NCBI GenBank assembly: GCA_963770955.1
Contig: CAVYRK010000001.1
Coordinates: forward strand, 4,035 to 68,034
Direction of reading: 5' to 3'
DNA: 64,000 nucleotides
DNA from: an uncultured Actinomycetota bacterium
GTDB lineage: Bacteria > Actinomycetota > UBA4738
Shown here: positions 11,844 to 21,768 of the stretch, piece by piece
How positions within the stretch are numbered: position 1 is the stretch's first letter
Layout: every line of letters begins with the position of its first letter
The notes under the pieces: generated by a model
Told to the model about the DNA's origin: nothing
Seen by the model: the letters and a program-made list of their open reading frames with translations, nothing else
Database searches by the model: none
Program-made: the position numbers and the translations under genes

Positions 11844-12581
11844 ATGTCGGTCCCCTCGGACGGCCCCTCCGAGCGCAACCGGTTCGCCCGGGTGCTGTTC
11901 GCGGACCTGCCGTCCGGCTACGACCGGCTGGCCGAGGCCCTGTCGTTCGGCCAGAACGGCCGGTGGCGGCGGTTCATGGTCTCGCGGGTGCGCGTCCTCG
12001 CGGGTGCGCGCGTCCTGGACGTGGCGACGGGGACGGCCGCCGTCGCGGTCGACCTCGCGCGGCGCAGGGGCGTATCGGTCGTCGGGCTCGACCAGAGCGA
12101 GGAGATGGTGCGGACGGGCGTTCGCCGCGTCCGCGAGCGCGGCCTCGATCGATCGATCCGGTTCGTCCTCGGACGCGGCGAACGCCTGCCGTTCCCAGAC
12201 GACACGTTCGACACCGTCACGTTCACCTACCTGCTGCGGTACGTGGACGATCCGGCGGCGACGCTCGCCGAGCTGGCACGCGTGCTGCGCCCCGGCGGCA
12301 CGCTCGCGAACCTCGAGTTCCTCGTTCCGCCCAACCCCGTGTGGCGGCTCGTGTGGTCCGGGTACACCAGGTGGGTCCTGCCCGCGATGGGGCGAGCGGC
12401 GTCGCCGGCGTGGGGGGAGGTCGGGCGCTTCCTCGGCCCCAACATCCGCGCGTTCTACGACCGCCTGCCGCTCTCCGACCAGTTGGCGATGTGGCGGGCG
12501 GCCGGCATCGGCGACGCGCGCGCGAGGCCGATGAGCTTCGGCTCGGGCGTCGTGGTGTGGGGCAGGAAATCCCGGACATGA
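11844..12581 (+). CDS. UbiE/MenG-like class I SAM methyltransferase
   Basis: YDRLAEALSFGQNGRWR, VLDVATGT, LPFPDDTFD, RVLRPGG. Confidence 0.85.
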   Translation: MSVPSDGPSERNRFARVLFADLPSGYDRLAEALSFGQNGRWRRFMVSRVRVLAGARVLDVATGTAAVAVDLARRRGVSVVGLDQSEEMVRTGVRRVRERGLDRSIRFVLGRGERLPFPDDTFDTVTFTYLLRYVDDPAATLAELARVLRPGGTLANLEFLVPPNPVWRLVWSGYTRWVLPAMGRAASPAWGEVGRFLGPNIRAFYDRLPLSDQLAMWRAAGIGDARARPMSFGSGVVVWGRKSRT

Positions 12582-13318
12582 GCGCGGACGACGCCCAGCG
12601 CCCGGCCTTCTACGCGCTGGCGCCCGGCGGCTGGCGCGACTGGTGGACGCTGCTGCATCCGCCGTACACCGCGTGGCATCTGTCGTACGTGGCCTTCGGT
12701 GCCGTGACCGCGGTCGTCTTCTCCGGCTACCACCTGGTCCTGGCGCTCGCCGGGTTCTTCCTGGGGGTGGGCGTCACCGCCCACGCGTTGGACGAGCTGA
12801 GCGGTCGTCCGCTCGGAACGCGCATCGGCGACGGCGCGCTGTGGGTCGTGGCGCTGGTCGCGCTGGCCGGCGCGATCGCGCTCGGTATCTACGGCGCGTG
12901 GCTGGTGTCGTGGTGGCTGATCGCGTTCATCGTCTTCGGGACCTTCATCGTCCTGGCCTACAACCTGGAGCTGTTCGGCGGAGCCTTCCACTCGGACCTG
13001 TGGTTCGCGCTCGCGTGGGGCGCGTTCCCGGCGATCACCGGGGCGTTCGCCCAGGAGGGAACCCTTCGGTGGCAGGCGGTGCTGGTCGCGGCAGCCTGCG
13101 CGTTCGCGTCGGCCGCGCAGCGCGTGCTGTCCACGCCGGTTCGCGAGCTCCGTCGGAACGTCTCGTCGGTGGAGGGGCGCATGCGGCTTCGCGACGGGAC
13201 CGACGTGCCGATCGACGCGGGCGTGCTGCGCGCGGCGCCCGAGCGCGCGCTGCGGCTGCTGTCCGTGGCGCTCCCGCTGCTGGCCGCCGGGCTGGTCGCC
13301 GCGCGCCTCGTGGACTAG
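12578..13318 (+). CDS. Polytopic membrane protein, UbiA prenyltransferase-like
   Basis: ATGA overlap with the methyltransferase; 6-7 TM segments; AHALDELSGRP sits at the UbiA NDxxD position, followed by LAYN. Confidence 0.6.
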   Translation: MSADDAQRPAFYALAPGGWRDWWTLLHPPYTAWHLSYVAFGAVTAVVFSGYHLVLALAGFFLGVGVTAHALDELSGRPLGTRIGDGALWVVALVALAGAIALGIYGAWLVSWWLIAFIVFGTFIVLAYNLELFGGAFHSDLWFALAWGAFPAITGAFAQEGTLRWQAVLVAAACAFASAAQRVLSTPVRELRRNVSSVEGRMRLRDGTDVPIDAGVLRAAPERALRLLSVALPLLAAGLVAARLVD

Positions 13319-13342
13319 GGTCCGAGGCCGGACGACGAGGGG

Positions 13343-15007
13343 GTGTTCGCGACGACCAATGGGGACGGCCACGCCGACCTGATCCTGCGGGGCGGACCGG
13401 TGTACACCGCGGACGCCGTCGGCCGCTGGGCGGACGCCGTTGCCGTCCGGGGTGGGCGCATCGCCGCCGTCGGGTTCGCCGACGACGTGCGCGACCTGCA
13501 GGGGCCGTCGACACGAGTGGTCGACGTCGGCGGTGGGCTCGTCCTTCCCGGATTCCAGGACGCGCACTGCCATCCGCCGACGGCCGGCATGTCGATGGTG
13601 CAGGCCGACCTCCACGAGGGCGTCGACGCGGCCGACTTCGTCCGCCGCATCCGCAGGTGGGCCGACGACAACCCCGACGCGCCGTGGATCGTCGGCGACG
13701 GCTGGTTCATGGACGCGTTCGAGGGCGGGAACCCCCCGAAGGACCTGCTGGACGCGGCCGTGCCCGACCGGCCCGTCTACGCGGAGAGCCGCGACGGCCA
13801 CAGCGTGTGGGTGAACTCGCGCGCGCTGGCCATCGCCGGGATCACCCGGGACACGCCCGACCCCGAGGACGGCGTGATCGTGCGGACGGCCGGCGGCGAG
13901 CCGCAGGGGACGCTGCACGAGGGCGCGATCACGCTCGTGAGCGACCACGTGCCACCGCCGACCGAGGCCGATCTGACCGAGGGCATCCTCCGCGCGCAGG
14001 CGTACCTGCACTCGCTCGGGATCACGGCGTGGCAGGACGCGATCGTCCACGACGACACCGGCCCGGTGTACCGCAAGCTCGCGGAGGACGGCCGCCTGAC
14101 GGCCCGTGTCGTCGGCGCGCTGTGGTGGGAACGCGACCAGGGCGACGAGCAGATCGCGCGCATGGTGGAGCGGCGCGGCGACTACTCGCACGGGCGGTTC
14201 CGCGCGACCTCGATCAAGCTCATGCAGGACGGCATCGTCGAGAACTTCACCGCCGGGATGACGGACCCGTACTTCGACGGCGACGGCAACGCCACGGGCA
14301 ACCGCGGGAAGTCGTTCATCGATCCGGAGGCGCTGAAGGGCTTCGTGACGGCGCTGGACGCGGAGGGGTTCCAGTGCCACTTCCACGCGATCGGCGACCG
14401 CGGGGTGCACGAGTCGCTCGACGCGATCGAGGCCGCGCGGCGGTCGAACGGATGGAACGACCTGCGCCACCACATCGCGCACATCCAGCTGATCCGGCCC
14501 GAGGACCTCCCGCGCTTCCGGGTGGTGGGCGCCGTCGCGAACGCGCAGCCGCTGTGGGCGTGCTCCGAGGGGCAGATGGAGCACCTGACGATTCCCTTCA
14601 TCGGCGGGGAGCGCGCGTCGTGGCAGTACCCGTTCCGCTCGCTCGAGCGCGCCGGAGCCATCACGGCGATGGGCAGCGACTGGGCGGTGTCCACGCCCAA
14701 CCCGCTGCTGGAGATGGAGGTGGCCGTTCGGAGGGTCGATCCCGCGGACCGCGGCCACGCGCCGTTCCTTCCCGACGAGCGCATCAGCGTCCGGAGCGCC
14801 GTCGACGGGTTCACGATCGGGACCGCGTACGTGAACCACCTGGACGGCGAGACGGGGACGATCGAGGCGGGAAAGCTGGCGGACCTGTGCGTGGTCGACC
14901 GTGATCTGTTCTCGCCCGAGGTGGAGTTCCTGGGCGACGCGAAGGTCGTGCTGACACTGGTGGACGGCGAGCCCGTGTACACGGACCCCGACGGGATCGA
15001 CTGGTGA
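13343..15007 (+). CDS. Amidohydrolase_3 family (YtcJ-like) metal-dependent hydrolase
   Basis: PGFQDAHCH, FHAIGD, HHIAHIQ, MGSDW, GKLAD. Confidence 0.9.
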   Translation: MFATTNGDGHADLILRGGPVYTADAVGRWADAVAVRGGRIAAVGFADDVRDLQGPSTRVVDVGGGLVLPGFQDAHCHPPTAGMSMVQADLHEGVDAADFVRRIRRWADDNPDAPWIVGDGWFMDAFEGGNPPKDLLDAAVPDRPVYAESRDGHSVWVNSRALAIAGITRDTPDPEDGVIVRTAGGEPQGTLHEGAITLVSDHVPPPTEADLTEGILRAQAYLHSLGITAWQDAIVHDDTGPVYRKLAEDGRLTARVVGALWWERDQGDEQIARMVERRGDYSHGRFRATSIKLMQDGIVENFTAGMTDPYFDGDGNATGNRGKSFIDPEALKGFVTALDAEGFQCHFHAIGDRGVHESLDAIEAARRSNGWNDLRHHIAHIQLIRPEDLPRFRVVGAVANAQPLWACSEGQMEHLTIPFIGGERASWQYPFRSLERAGAITAMGSDWAVSTPNPLLEMEVAVRRVDPADRGHAPFLPDERISVRSAVDGFTIGTAYVNHLDGETGTIEAGKLADLCVVDRDLFSPEVEFLGDAKVVLTLVDGEPVYTDPDGIDW

Positions 15008-16618
15008 CGCCACCGGACGTGGCGGCGGCCCTCGACCGGTACGTCACGGCGTGGCTCGAGCAGGTCTCCGCGCCCGGCGCCGCGGTCGTGGTCACCGATC
15101 CGAACGAGACGGTCCACCTGTCCCTGCACGGGGTCCGCGACGCGTTCGCGCGGACACCACTGGCCGAGGACGACCGGTTTCAGATCGGCTCGGTGAGCAA
15201 GGCCTTCGCGTCGTTCGCCGCGCTGCGCCTGCAGGAACAGGGGCGCCTCTCGATCGACGACCTGGTCCGGCAGCACCTTCCGTGGTTCGAGGTGCAATCG
15301 GGGTTCGAGCCCATCCGGCTCTGGCACCTGATGACCCACACCGCTGGGATCGTCAACGGCACCGACTGGACCGGCGAGGGGGAGTACGAGATCCGGTCGC
15401 TGCGCGAGAGCATCGCGTCGGCGCCGCCGGGCAGCCTGTTCCACTACTCGAACGCGGGCTACAAGGCGCTCGGGCTGGTGCTCGAGGCTGCCTGGGACCG
15501 GCCCGTCGCCGAGGTCCTGGCGCGCGAGGTGTTCGATCCCCTCGGCATGGAGTCCGCGGTCGGGTCGATCAGGAACGCGGACCGGCCGCGGCAGGCGCCG
15601 GGCCACGTCCCCTACTACGACGATCGCGCGTGGCGGCCGGCGCACGGCCTGGCACCTTCGCCGTGGAGCGAGTCCACGACGGCCGACGGCAGCATCGCCG
15701 CGACGCCGGAGGACATGGCCCGCTACCTGCGGATGCTGCTGCATCGCGGCCGGGGAGATGCGGGGCGGGTCGTCGGCGAGGCGTCCTTCCAGCTGATGCT
15801 CGACCGCAACGTGGAGTCGCCCGAGTACGAGGAGGGAAGCCGCTACGGGCTGGGCCTGCTGCTGACGGAGGAGGGCGGTGACCACTGGATCCGTCACGGC
15901 GGCAGCATGATCGGGCACACGTGCGGGATGCGAGTGAACGTCGACGCGGGGCTCGCCGTGATGGTCCTGACGAACGGCGTGGCCGACACCGCCGACGTCC
16001 AGCGGTACGCGATCGAGCTGGTGCGCGCCGCGCGCGACGGTAGCGAGCCGCCGGCCCCGCCACCGCTGCCCGAGGAGGTGCCCGACGCGGCGAGGTTCGC
16101 CGGCACGTACCTGTCGTCCGACGGCCGGTCGATCGAGGTGCGGGCGTCGGGCGGGGAGCTGACGGCGGCCCGCGACGGCGGCGCGCCGGCCCGCGTCCTC
16201 CGTGGCGAGGACGACGGGTTCGTCGTCGACGCGGACGACTGGGAGCCGTTTCCGCTCTGGTTCCGGGAGGACGGCGGCCGCGTCGCGAGCGTGCGTGCAC
16301 GGGCCGGCCGTCTTCGTGCCCGAGGGCGAGTCGCCGCCGAACGGCGGAGCCGGGGACTGGACGGCGCTCGAGGGGCACTACCGGACGCACAACCCGTGGT
16401 ACTCGAACTTCCGCATCGTCGACCGCGCCGGCGCGCCGGTGCTCATCTGGGGCTCGGGCATCGAGGAGCCGCTGCGCCTGCTGCCCGACGGCTCGTTCCA
16501 GGCCGGCGAGGACCCGCGGCTCCCGGAGCGCGTCCGGTTCGAGGAACGCGACGACCCCGGCCCGGTCCTGCGCGTGAACTACTCTGGCCTCGACTACTTC
16601 CGCACGTTCACTCCCTGA
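15004..16618 (+). CDS. Serine hydrolase, beta-lactamase-like family, frameshift near 16290
   Basis: GSVSK (SxxK), LMTHTAG, YSN and HGG motifs; the C-terminus continues in ORF 16202..16618. Confidence 0.85.
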
Positions 16619-16629
16619 AGGGAGGACCG

Positions 16630-17112
16630 CTGCACTGGGCCAAGTTCGCCGAGGAGGCGCCCGAGCTGGCGGCGCTCGGCATCGAGCGGTTCGAACGAAC
16701 GGGCGTCTGCCTGATCGGCACGCTGCGCGCCGACGGAGCGCCGCGCATCAGCCCGATCGAGCCATACGTCGTGCGCGGCGAGCTGCTCCTCGGCATGATG
16801 TGGCAGTCGCGCAAGGCGCGGGACCTGCTCCGCGACCCACGCATCGTCGTGCACAGCGCGGTCTCGAACAAGGACGGCTCGGAGGGCGACTTCAAGCTGT
16901 ACGGGCGCGTGCGCGACGTCCCCGATCCGGCGATGCGCACGGCCTACGGCGACACGCTGTTCGAGCGGATCGAGTGGCGCCCCGAGGAGCCGTACCACCT
17001 GTTCGCCGTCGACATCGAGCGGGCGGGGTTCATCCAGTTCGCGCCGGAGCGCCTCGCGATGCGCTGGACGCCGTCGGGCGGCGAGGAACGGATCAAGCAC
17101 CCCGACGACTGA
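16630..17112 (+). CDS. Pyridoxamine 5'-phosphate oxidase-like (split beta-barrel) protein
   Basis: IGTLRADGAPRISPIE...SRKARDLLRDPRIVVHS; GGAGG at 16621. Start codon uncertain (CTG). Confidence 0.8.
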   Translation: MHWAKFAEEAPELAALGIERFERTGVCLIGTLRADGAPRISPIEPYVVRGELLLGMMWQSRKARDLLRDPRIVVHSAVSNKDGSEGDFKLYGRVRDVPDPAMRTAYGDTLFERIEWRPEEPYHLFAVDIERAGFIQFAPERLAMRWTPSGGEERIKHPDD

Positions 17113-17544
17113 CTAGGGGAGCGTGTCGGCCAGCCGCTGTGCGAGCACGGCGAGCAGGTGCACCGCCACCGACGGCTCGCGGTGGATCAGGTCGACGAAG
17201 TCCGCCCGCGGGATCGCCCAGCAGCGCCCGGCCGTCTTCGCGCGGACGCGCGCGCTGCGGATGCCGGCATCGGTCAGCAGTGCCAGCTCGCCGAAGGCCT
17301 GTCCCGGTCCCAGCTCGATGCTGCTCTGGCCCGGGCGCTCCACCTCGACCGTGCCCTCCTGCACGACGAACAGCCCGGCCCCCGGCGCGCCGGCCTGCGT
17401 GAGCACCTGGCCGGGCGTGGTTTCCACCGGCGTCGCGATCGCTTCCAGGTGCCGCAGCGTCTCCTCCGAGACGCCCTCCAGCATCGGCACCGACGCCAGC
17501 CAGGACGCGCCGTTCGGGTCGCCCGTCTCCCAGTCCTCCGTCAT
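17113..17544 (-). CDS. Stand-alone cyclic-nucleotide-binding protein
   Basis: LASVPMLEG...GLFVVQEGTV...GQAFGELALL...RSARVRA. Confidence 0.85.
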   Translation of the reverse strand: MTEDWETGDPNGASWLASVPMLEGVSEETLRHLEAIATPVETTPGQVLTQAGAPGAGLFVVQEGTVEVERPGQSSIELGPGQAFGELALLTDAGIRSARVRAKTAGRCWAIPRADFVDLIHREPSVAVHLLAVLAQRLADTLP

Positions 17545-17557
17545 CGCGTCCCCCTCG

Positions 17558-18371
17558 TCACGGCCGCTCGCTCGGTTCCCGCCGCTCGGGCAGCGGGCGT
17601 GCCTTCAGCTCGCGGACGTACCCGGCGATCTCGTCGACGGCCGCGTCCAGCAGCGTCTTGCCCTTCTCGGCCGTTGCCAGCGTCGGGCGGCCGTGTACGC
17701 CGGTGCGGCTGAACGACGACCACCACGGCATGAGCTTCAGCGACCCGTCGGTCCAGTCGAACCACGAGTGCTCGGTCTGGTCGGGTGGTGACTCGTCGAC
17801 CGCCTTCGACATGTCGACCGCCTCCGGCTCGATCGCCAGGTAGATCGACGTCTCCAGCTCGCACGCGTGGCCCATGCCGCCGCGCTCGGATCTCGCGCAC
17901 CTCCTCGACGACGGCGAGCCCCTCCGGGCTCCCGAGGTAGAAGCACGCGGCCGACAGCACGTTCGAGTGCTCCAGCCCGACCAGCCGCGCGGCCATCTCG
18001 ACCAGGTTCTGGTTCGAGCCGTGGCCGTTCACGTAGATCATCCGGGTGAACCCGTGGCGCGCGAGCGACGTCCCGACGTCCACGCAGTACCGGGTGAACG
18101 TCTCCCAGGCGATCGTGATCGGGCCCGGGAAGTCCATGTGGTGGGGCGAGTAGCCGTGCGGGATCGCGGGAAGCAGGACGGTGTCGTCGGGCAGGTCGTC
18201 GGCGACCCGCCGGCAGATCTCGGCGGTGATGCGCAGGTCGGCGTCGATCGGCAGGTGCGGCCCGTGGTCCTCCAGCGTCGCCACCGGAATGACCGCGACC
18301 CGGCCCTCCTCGGCGGCCCGGCGAACCTCGGGCCACGTCAGGCGTTCGTACAGCAGGGGCCTCGTCCACAT
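17558..18371 (-). CDS. Creatininase family protein, frameshifted near 17890
   Basis: LEDHGPHLPIDAD, SPHHMDFPG, NGHGSN, HACELETS. Confidence 0.88.
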
Positions 18372-18438
18372 CGTCGGTCGGGTTCCTCTCTGTCGCGGCG
18401 GAGGTGGTTCGTCATTCTTGCGGGTCGGCCCGCGGAGT

Positions 18439-18473
18439 GACCACCCCCACCCGGCGTCCGGGCGAGGGTGGTC
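18439..18473 (-). terminator. GC-rich hairpin just downstream of the RNHCP gene
   Basis: GACCACCC...CCCGG-CGT-CCGGG...GGGTGGTC imperfect inverted repeat; no U-tract. Confidence 0.4.
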
Positions 18474-18847
18474 TACAGCTCCGCGATGCGCTCGATCGGG
18501 AACGGCGTCTGGGCGAGCGGCTTCACGGCGAGCCGCAGCAGCAGCAGCGGGTTGTCGTCCCCCGCCGTGCGGTTCAGCCGCAGCTCGTCGCACCCGGCGC
18601 ACCGGTGCACGAGCACCCATTCGCCGTCGCCGCGCACGCTGACGGCGATCGGCTCCATCAGCGAGCCGCAATCCGCGTCGCGGTCGCCCGGGGCGTCGTC
18701 GTCCAGGTGACGGCTCCACAGGCAGTTGGGGCAGTGGTTTCGATGCGCGGTGCCGTAGGCGCGCATCGACACGTCCAGGCGGCAGTAGCCGCACCGGAAC
18801 GAGTCGGGTCCGCGGCGCGCTGCGCCGCGGCGTTGATCGCGTGACAT
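18473..18847 (-). CDS. RNHCP domain protein
   Basis: FRCGYC...HRNHCPNCLWSRH...PGDRDADCGSLMEPI...HRCAGC...NRTAGDDN; GGAGG upstream of the ATG at 18847. Confidence 0.92.
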   Translation of the reverse strand: MSRDQRRGAARRGPDSFRCGYCRLDVSMRAYGTAHRNHCPNCLWSRHLDDDAPGDRDADCGSLMEPIAVSVRGDGEWVLVHRCAGCDELRLNRTAGDDNPLLLLRLAVKPLAQTPFPIERIAEL

Positions 18848-18868
18848 GAGCAGACCTCCACGAGCCGA

Positions 18869-18942
18869 GACGGAAACGGGCGTGGTCACGCCCCGTGGCG
18901 GCCGTGGATGGTCAGTGAGACCGGGCGACTCCGGGGCGTGAC
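18869..18942 (-). promoter_or_regulatory. Putative attenuator with mutually exclusive hairpins
   Basis: 18932-18942 is the exact reverse complement of 18885-18895. The latter alternatively forms hairpin 18878-18893, followed in the mRNA by GUUUCC. Confidence 0.55.
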
Positions 18943-18971
18943 GAAACGAGGACCGAGACAGTCGTCGTCAT
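18912..18971 (-). CDS. Putative 19-aa leader peptide MTTTVSVLVSSRPGVARSH
   Basis: ATG with upstream GGAGGG; lies in the RNHCP 5' region and overlaps one arm of an 11-bp inverted repeat. Confidence 0.55.
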   Translation of the reverse strand: MTTTVSVLVSSRPGVARSH

Positions 18972-19088
18972 CCGCCACCACCCTCCGGTTCGTGTGCCGC
19001 CCCAGTCGGCGGCGCGTCGAGGGTAGCACTCCGCGGTGTCCCGGGATAGCCCGCTCCCAATCGCGGATTCCCCGCTACCCTGACTCCC

Positions 19089-20522
19089 ATGGCCCCCGAC
19101 ACCGCACCAACCCCGGATCCGGCGAAGCCCACGACCCTCGGCGCGTTGCGCGCGACCGGGGTCGCCGACCGCACGGTCAAGGACGAGCTGCGATCGAACC
19201 TGATGGCCGGCCTCGCCGGCGGCACGCCCCTGTTCCCCGAGATCGTGGGCTACGACGAATCCGTCATCCCCGCGCTCGAGCGGGGCATCCTCGCCGGCCA
19301 TGACGTGATCTTCCTGGGCGAGCGCGGCCAGGCGAAGACGCGCCTGATCCGCCACCTGGTGCACCTGCTCGACGAGTTCACGCCGGTCGTGGCCGGCTGC
19401 GAGGTGAACGACCATCCGTACCGCCCGATCTGCGCGCGCTGCCGCGGGCTCATCGCGGAGCAGGGCGACGAGACGCCGGTCGATTGGCTCCCGCGCGACC
19501 GCCGCTACGCGGAGAAGCTGGCGACCCCCGACACGAGCGTCGGCGACCTGATCGGCGACGTCGACCCCATCCGCGTCGCGGAGGGCCGGTACCTGTCCGA
19601 CGAGCTGACCATCCACTACGGCCTGATCCCGCGCACCAACCGCGGCATCGTCGCGATCAACGAGCTTCCGGACCTGCCCGAGCGCATCCAGGTCGGCCTG
19701 TTCAACATCCTGGAGGAGCGTGACGTGCAGATCCGCGGCTACCAGATCCGCCTGCCGCTCGACCTGCTGCTGGTCGCGACCGCGAACCCCGAGGACTACA
19801 CGCACCGCGGGCGGATCGTGTCGCCGCTGAAGGACCGGTTCGGGACGCAGGTCCGGACGCACTACCCCGAGTCGCTCGGGGACGAGATCACGATCATGGA
19901 GCAGGAGTCGCGCCCGGCGGCGGCAACCGACATCCCCGTGCGCGTCCCCGCGTTCATGAAGGAGATCCTCGCCGCCCTCACGTCGGAGCTTCGGCGCTCG
20001 CCCCAGGTGAACCAGCGCAGCGGCGTGTCGGTCCGCTACTCGATCGGGAACCTGGAGACGCTCGTGGCGTCGGCGCTGCGGCGCGCTGCGGCGACCGGCG
20101 AGGCGGAGGCGGTTCCCCGCGTCGTCGACCTGCCGGCCGTGCTGGCCGGGTCGGCCGGCCGCGTGGAGTTCGACGCGATCGAGGAGGGGCGCGAGGAGGA
20201 GATCCTGGCGCGCGCCGAGCGGCAGGCGGTGCTCGAGGTGTTCCGCCGCAGGCTGTCCGGGTTCGACCTGAGCCCGGTGATCGGACGGTTCGACGACGGA
20301 CTGTCGGTCGACACCTCGGACGTCACCCCGGCGTCGGCCTTCCTGGAGCAGTTCGGGCAGGCGCCCGGCCTGGGCAAGCTGCTCGGGCGGCTCGGCGTCG
20401 AGGAGGAGAGCCCCGGCGTCGCGGCCTCGGCGCTCGAGTTCGCGCTCGAGGGCCTGCACCTGTCGCGGCGGCTGAACAAGGACGCCGTGGGGCGGCTGGG
20501 CGCGGTTCGCTACGGCGCCTGA
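19089..20522 (+). CDS. Magnesium chelatase ChlI-like AAA+ ATPase (vWA-associated type)
   Basis: GERGQAKT Walker A variant, EKLATPD, NRGIVAINELPDL, TANPEDYT, LKDRFG. Confidence 0.88.
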   Translation: MAPDTAPTPDPAKPTTLGALRATGVADRTVKDELRSNLMAGLAGGTPLFPEIVGYDESVIPALERGILAGHDVIFLGERGQAKTRLIRHLVHLLDEFTPVVAGCEVNDHPYRPICARCRGLIAEQGDETPVDWLPRDRRYAEKLATPDTSVGDLIGDVDPIRVAEGRYLSDELTIHYGLIPRTNRGIVAINELPDLPERIQVGLFNILEERDVQIRGYQIRLPLDLLLVATANPEDYTHRGRIVSPLKDRFGTQVRTHYPESLGDEITIMEQESRPAAATDIPVRVPAFMKEILAALTSELRRSPQVNQRSGVSVRYSIGNLETLVASALRRAAATGEAEAVPRVVDLPAVLAGSAGRVEFDAIEEGREEEILARAERQAVLEVFRRRLSGFDLSPVIGRFDDGLSVDTSDVTPASAFLEQFGQAPGLGKLLGRLGVEEESPGVAASALEFALEGLHLSRRLNKDAVGRLGAVRYGA

Positions 20523-20552
20523 TCGCCGGCACTGCTAGGCTTCCGCACCGCC

Positions 20553-20957
20553 ATGCTGGCTTCGCTTCCGTGCACGACGACCGTCTGCGAGACGCACGCC
20601 TTCGTCGGGTTCGTGATCGTCGCCGGGTGGTTCGTGGTGTTCGCCTGGGGCGGCCTGTCCTGGTGGCCCTTTCATCGCGAGCCGCCGCGCGCCTTCTGGG
20701 GACTGCTCGGCGTTCTGCAGGGCATCCTGATCCTGCAGCTCGTGATCGGGCTGATCCTGTGGATCAGCAACCCGGTGCCGACGTGGCTGCATCCGTTGTA
20801 CGGCGCCGTGTTCCCCGCCATCATCCTGGTCATCGCGCAGGTCATGGCGCGCGGCATGGACCTGGAGACCGACCGCTACAAGGTGTTCGCGGTCGCGTCA
20901 TTCTTCATCTTCGGGCTGACGCTGCGGGCGCTGATGACCGGGCTGGGCGTCGCGTAG
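20553..20957 (+). CDS. Small 4-TM membrane protein of unknown function
   Basis: Four hydrophobic segments with a LHPLYG motif; GC3-biased frame. Confidence 0.7.
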   Translation: MLASLPCTTTVCETHAFVGFVIVAGWFVVFAWGGLSWWPFHREPPRAFWGLLGVLQGILILQLVIGLILWISNPVPTWLHPLYGAVFPAIILVIAQVMARGMDLETDRYKVFAVASFFIFGLTLRALMTGLGVA

Positions 20958-21768
20958 CCGAAGCGGCGATCCAGCCCCACCCGCCGACGACGCCCATGAC
21001 CGCGAAGGTCGCGACGTACGCCCACGCCGCGAACGAGCTCCACTGCACCGTGCCGGCGTAACGCAGCAGGGCCACGCCCTGCAGCACCGCGAGGATCGTC
21101 GCCGAGGTCCAGACGTGTCGCGCGCGGACCAGGTCGCCGTCCGCGACCGCCACCGCTGCGACGATGCCGACGCCGACGAACCACGCCGAGAGCGCCTGCG
21201 CGGTGAGATCCGTCAGCGGCCACGGCCAGTGCGCGGCGGTCGAGGAGGGGGCGACCAGCAGGCAGGCGCCGACGACCAGCAGGACGGCGCCGAGCAGGCC
21301 GCCGATCACCCGGAGAGGTGGCGGCATGGGCCGCGCCGGTGGCGGGTCCGTGCCCGGGGCGCGGAGCTCGGCGACGATGAGCGTCCCGAGGGCGATCGGC
21401 ACCAGGACGTACACAGCGAGCCACCCCCACGCGGCGAAGCGCGCCGTCGCTGCGCCCTCGGTGAAATGGAACAGGTCGAGGTGCAGCAGCGTCGCGACCA
21501 GCTTCAGCGTCGACACGGCCAGCACCCCGAAGGAGATCGGTTTCACCTCCACCCAGGCGCGCGCCCGCGCGGCGGGAAACAGGAGGAAGAACGCCGCGAG
21601 GTAGAAGGCGCCGTCGACGGCCGCCGTGAGCGGAACGCCGATCGTCCAGGCGAAGAACCGGTCCGTGTGGTCCGTCAGGACGAACAGCTGCCACGCCGCG
21701 ATGAGCACCAGCCCGCTGGCCGCGTAGAAGAGGAGCGAGAGCCCGCGAAGGACGGGTCGCACGTTCAC
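20905..21768 (-). CDS. Polytopic membrane protein with an internal duplication
   Basis: GTGA overlap with the upstream fusion gene; repeated units FFAWTIGVPLTAA and HWPWPLTDLTAQ; about 8 TM segments. Confidence 0.7.
   Translation of the reverse strand: MNVRPVLRGLSLLFYAASGLVLIAAWQLFVLTDHTDRFFAWTIGVPLTAAVDGAFYLAAFFLLFPAARARAWVEVKPISFGVLAVSTLKLVATLLHLDLFHFTEGAATARFAAWGWLAVYVLVPIALGTLIVAELRAPGTDPPPARPMPPPLRVIGGLLGAVLLVVGACLLVAPSSTAAHWPWPLTDLTAQALSAWFVGVGIVAAVAVADGDLVRARHVWTSATILAVLQGVALLRYAGTVQWSSFAAWAYVATFAVMGVVGGWGWIAASATRRPARSSAPAASARR

Noticed and set aside
15004-16618. Beta-lactamase resistance gene
   Set aside because: No signal peptide, has a C-terminal extension and sits with an amidohydrolase; more likely a cytoplasmic peptidase or esterase.
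15004-17112. Apparent serine hydrolase-PPOX fusion (702 aa)
   Set aside because: A frameshift near 16290 hides the true stop at 16618, and the PPOX gene has its own GGAGG.
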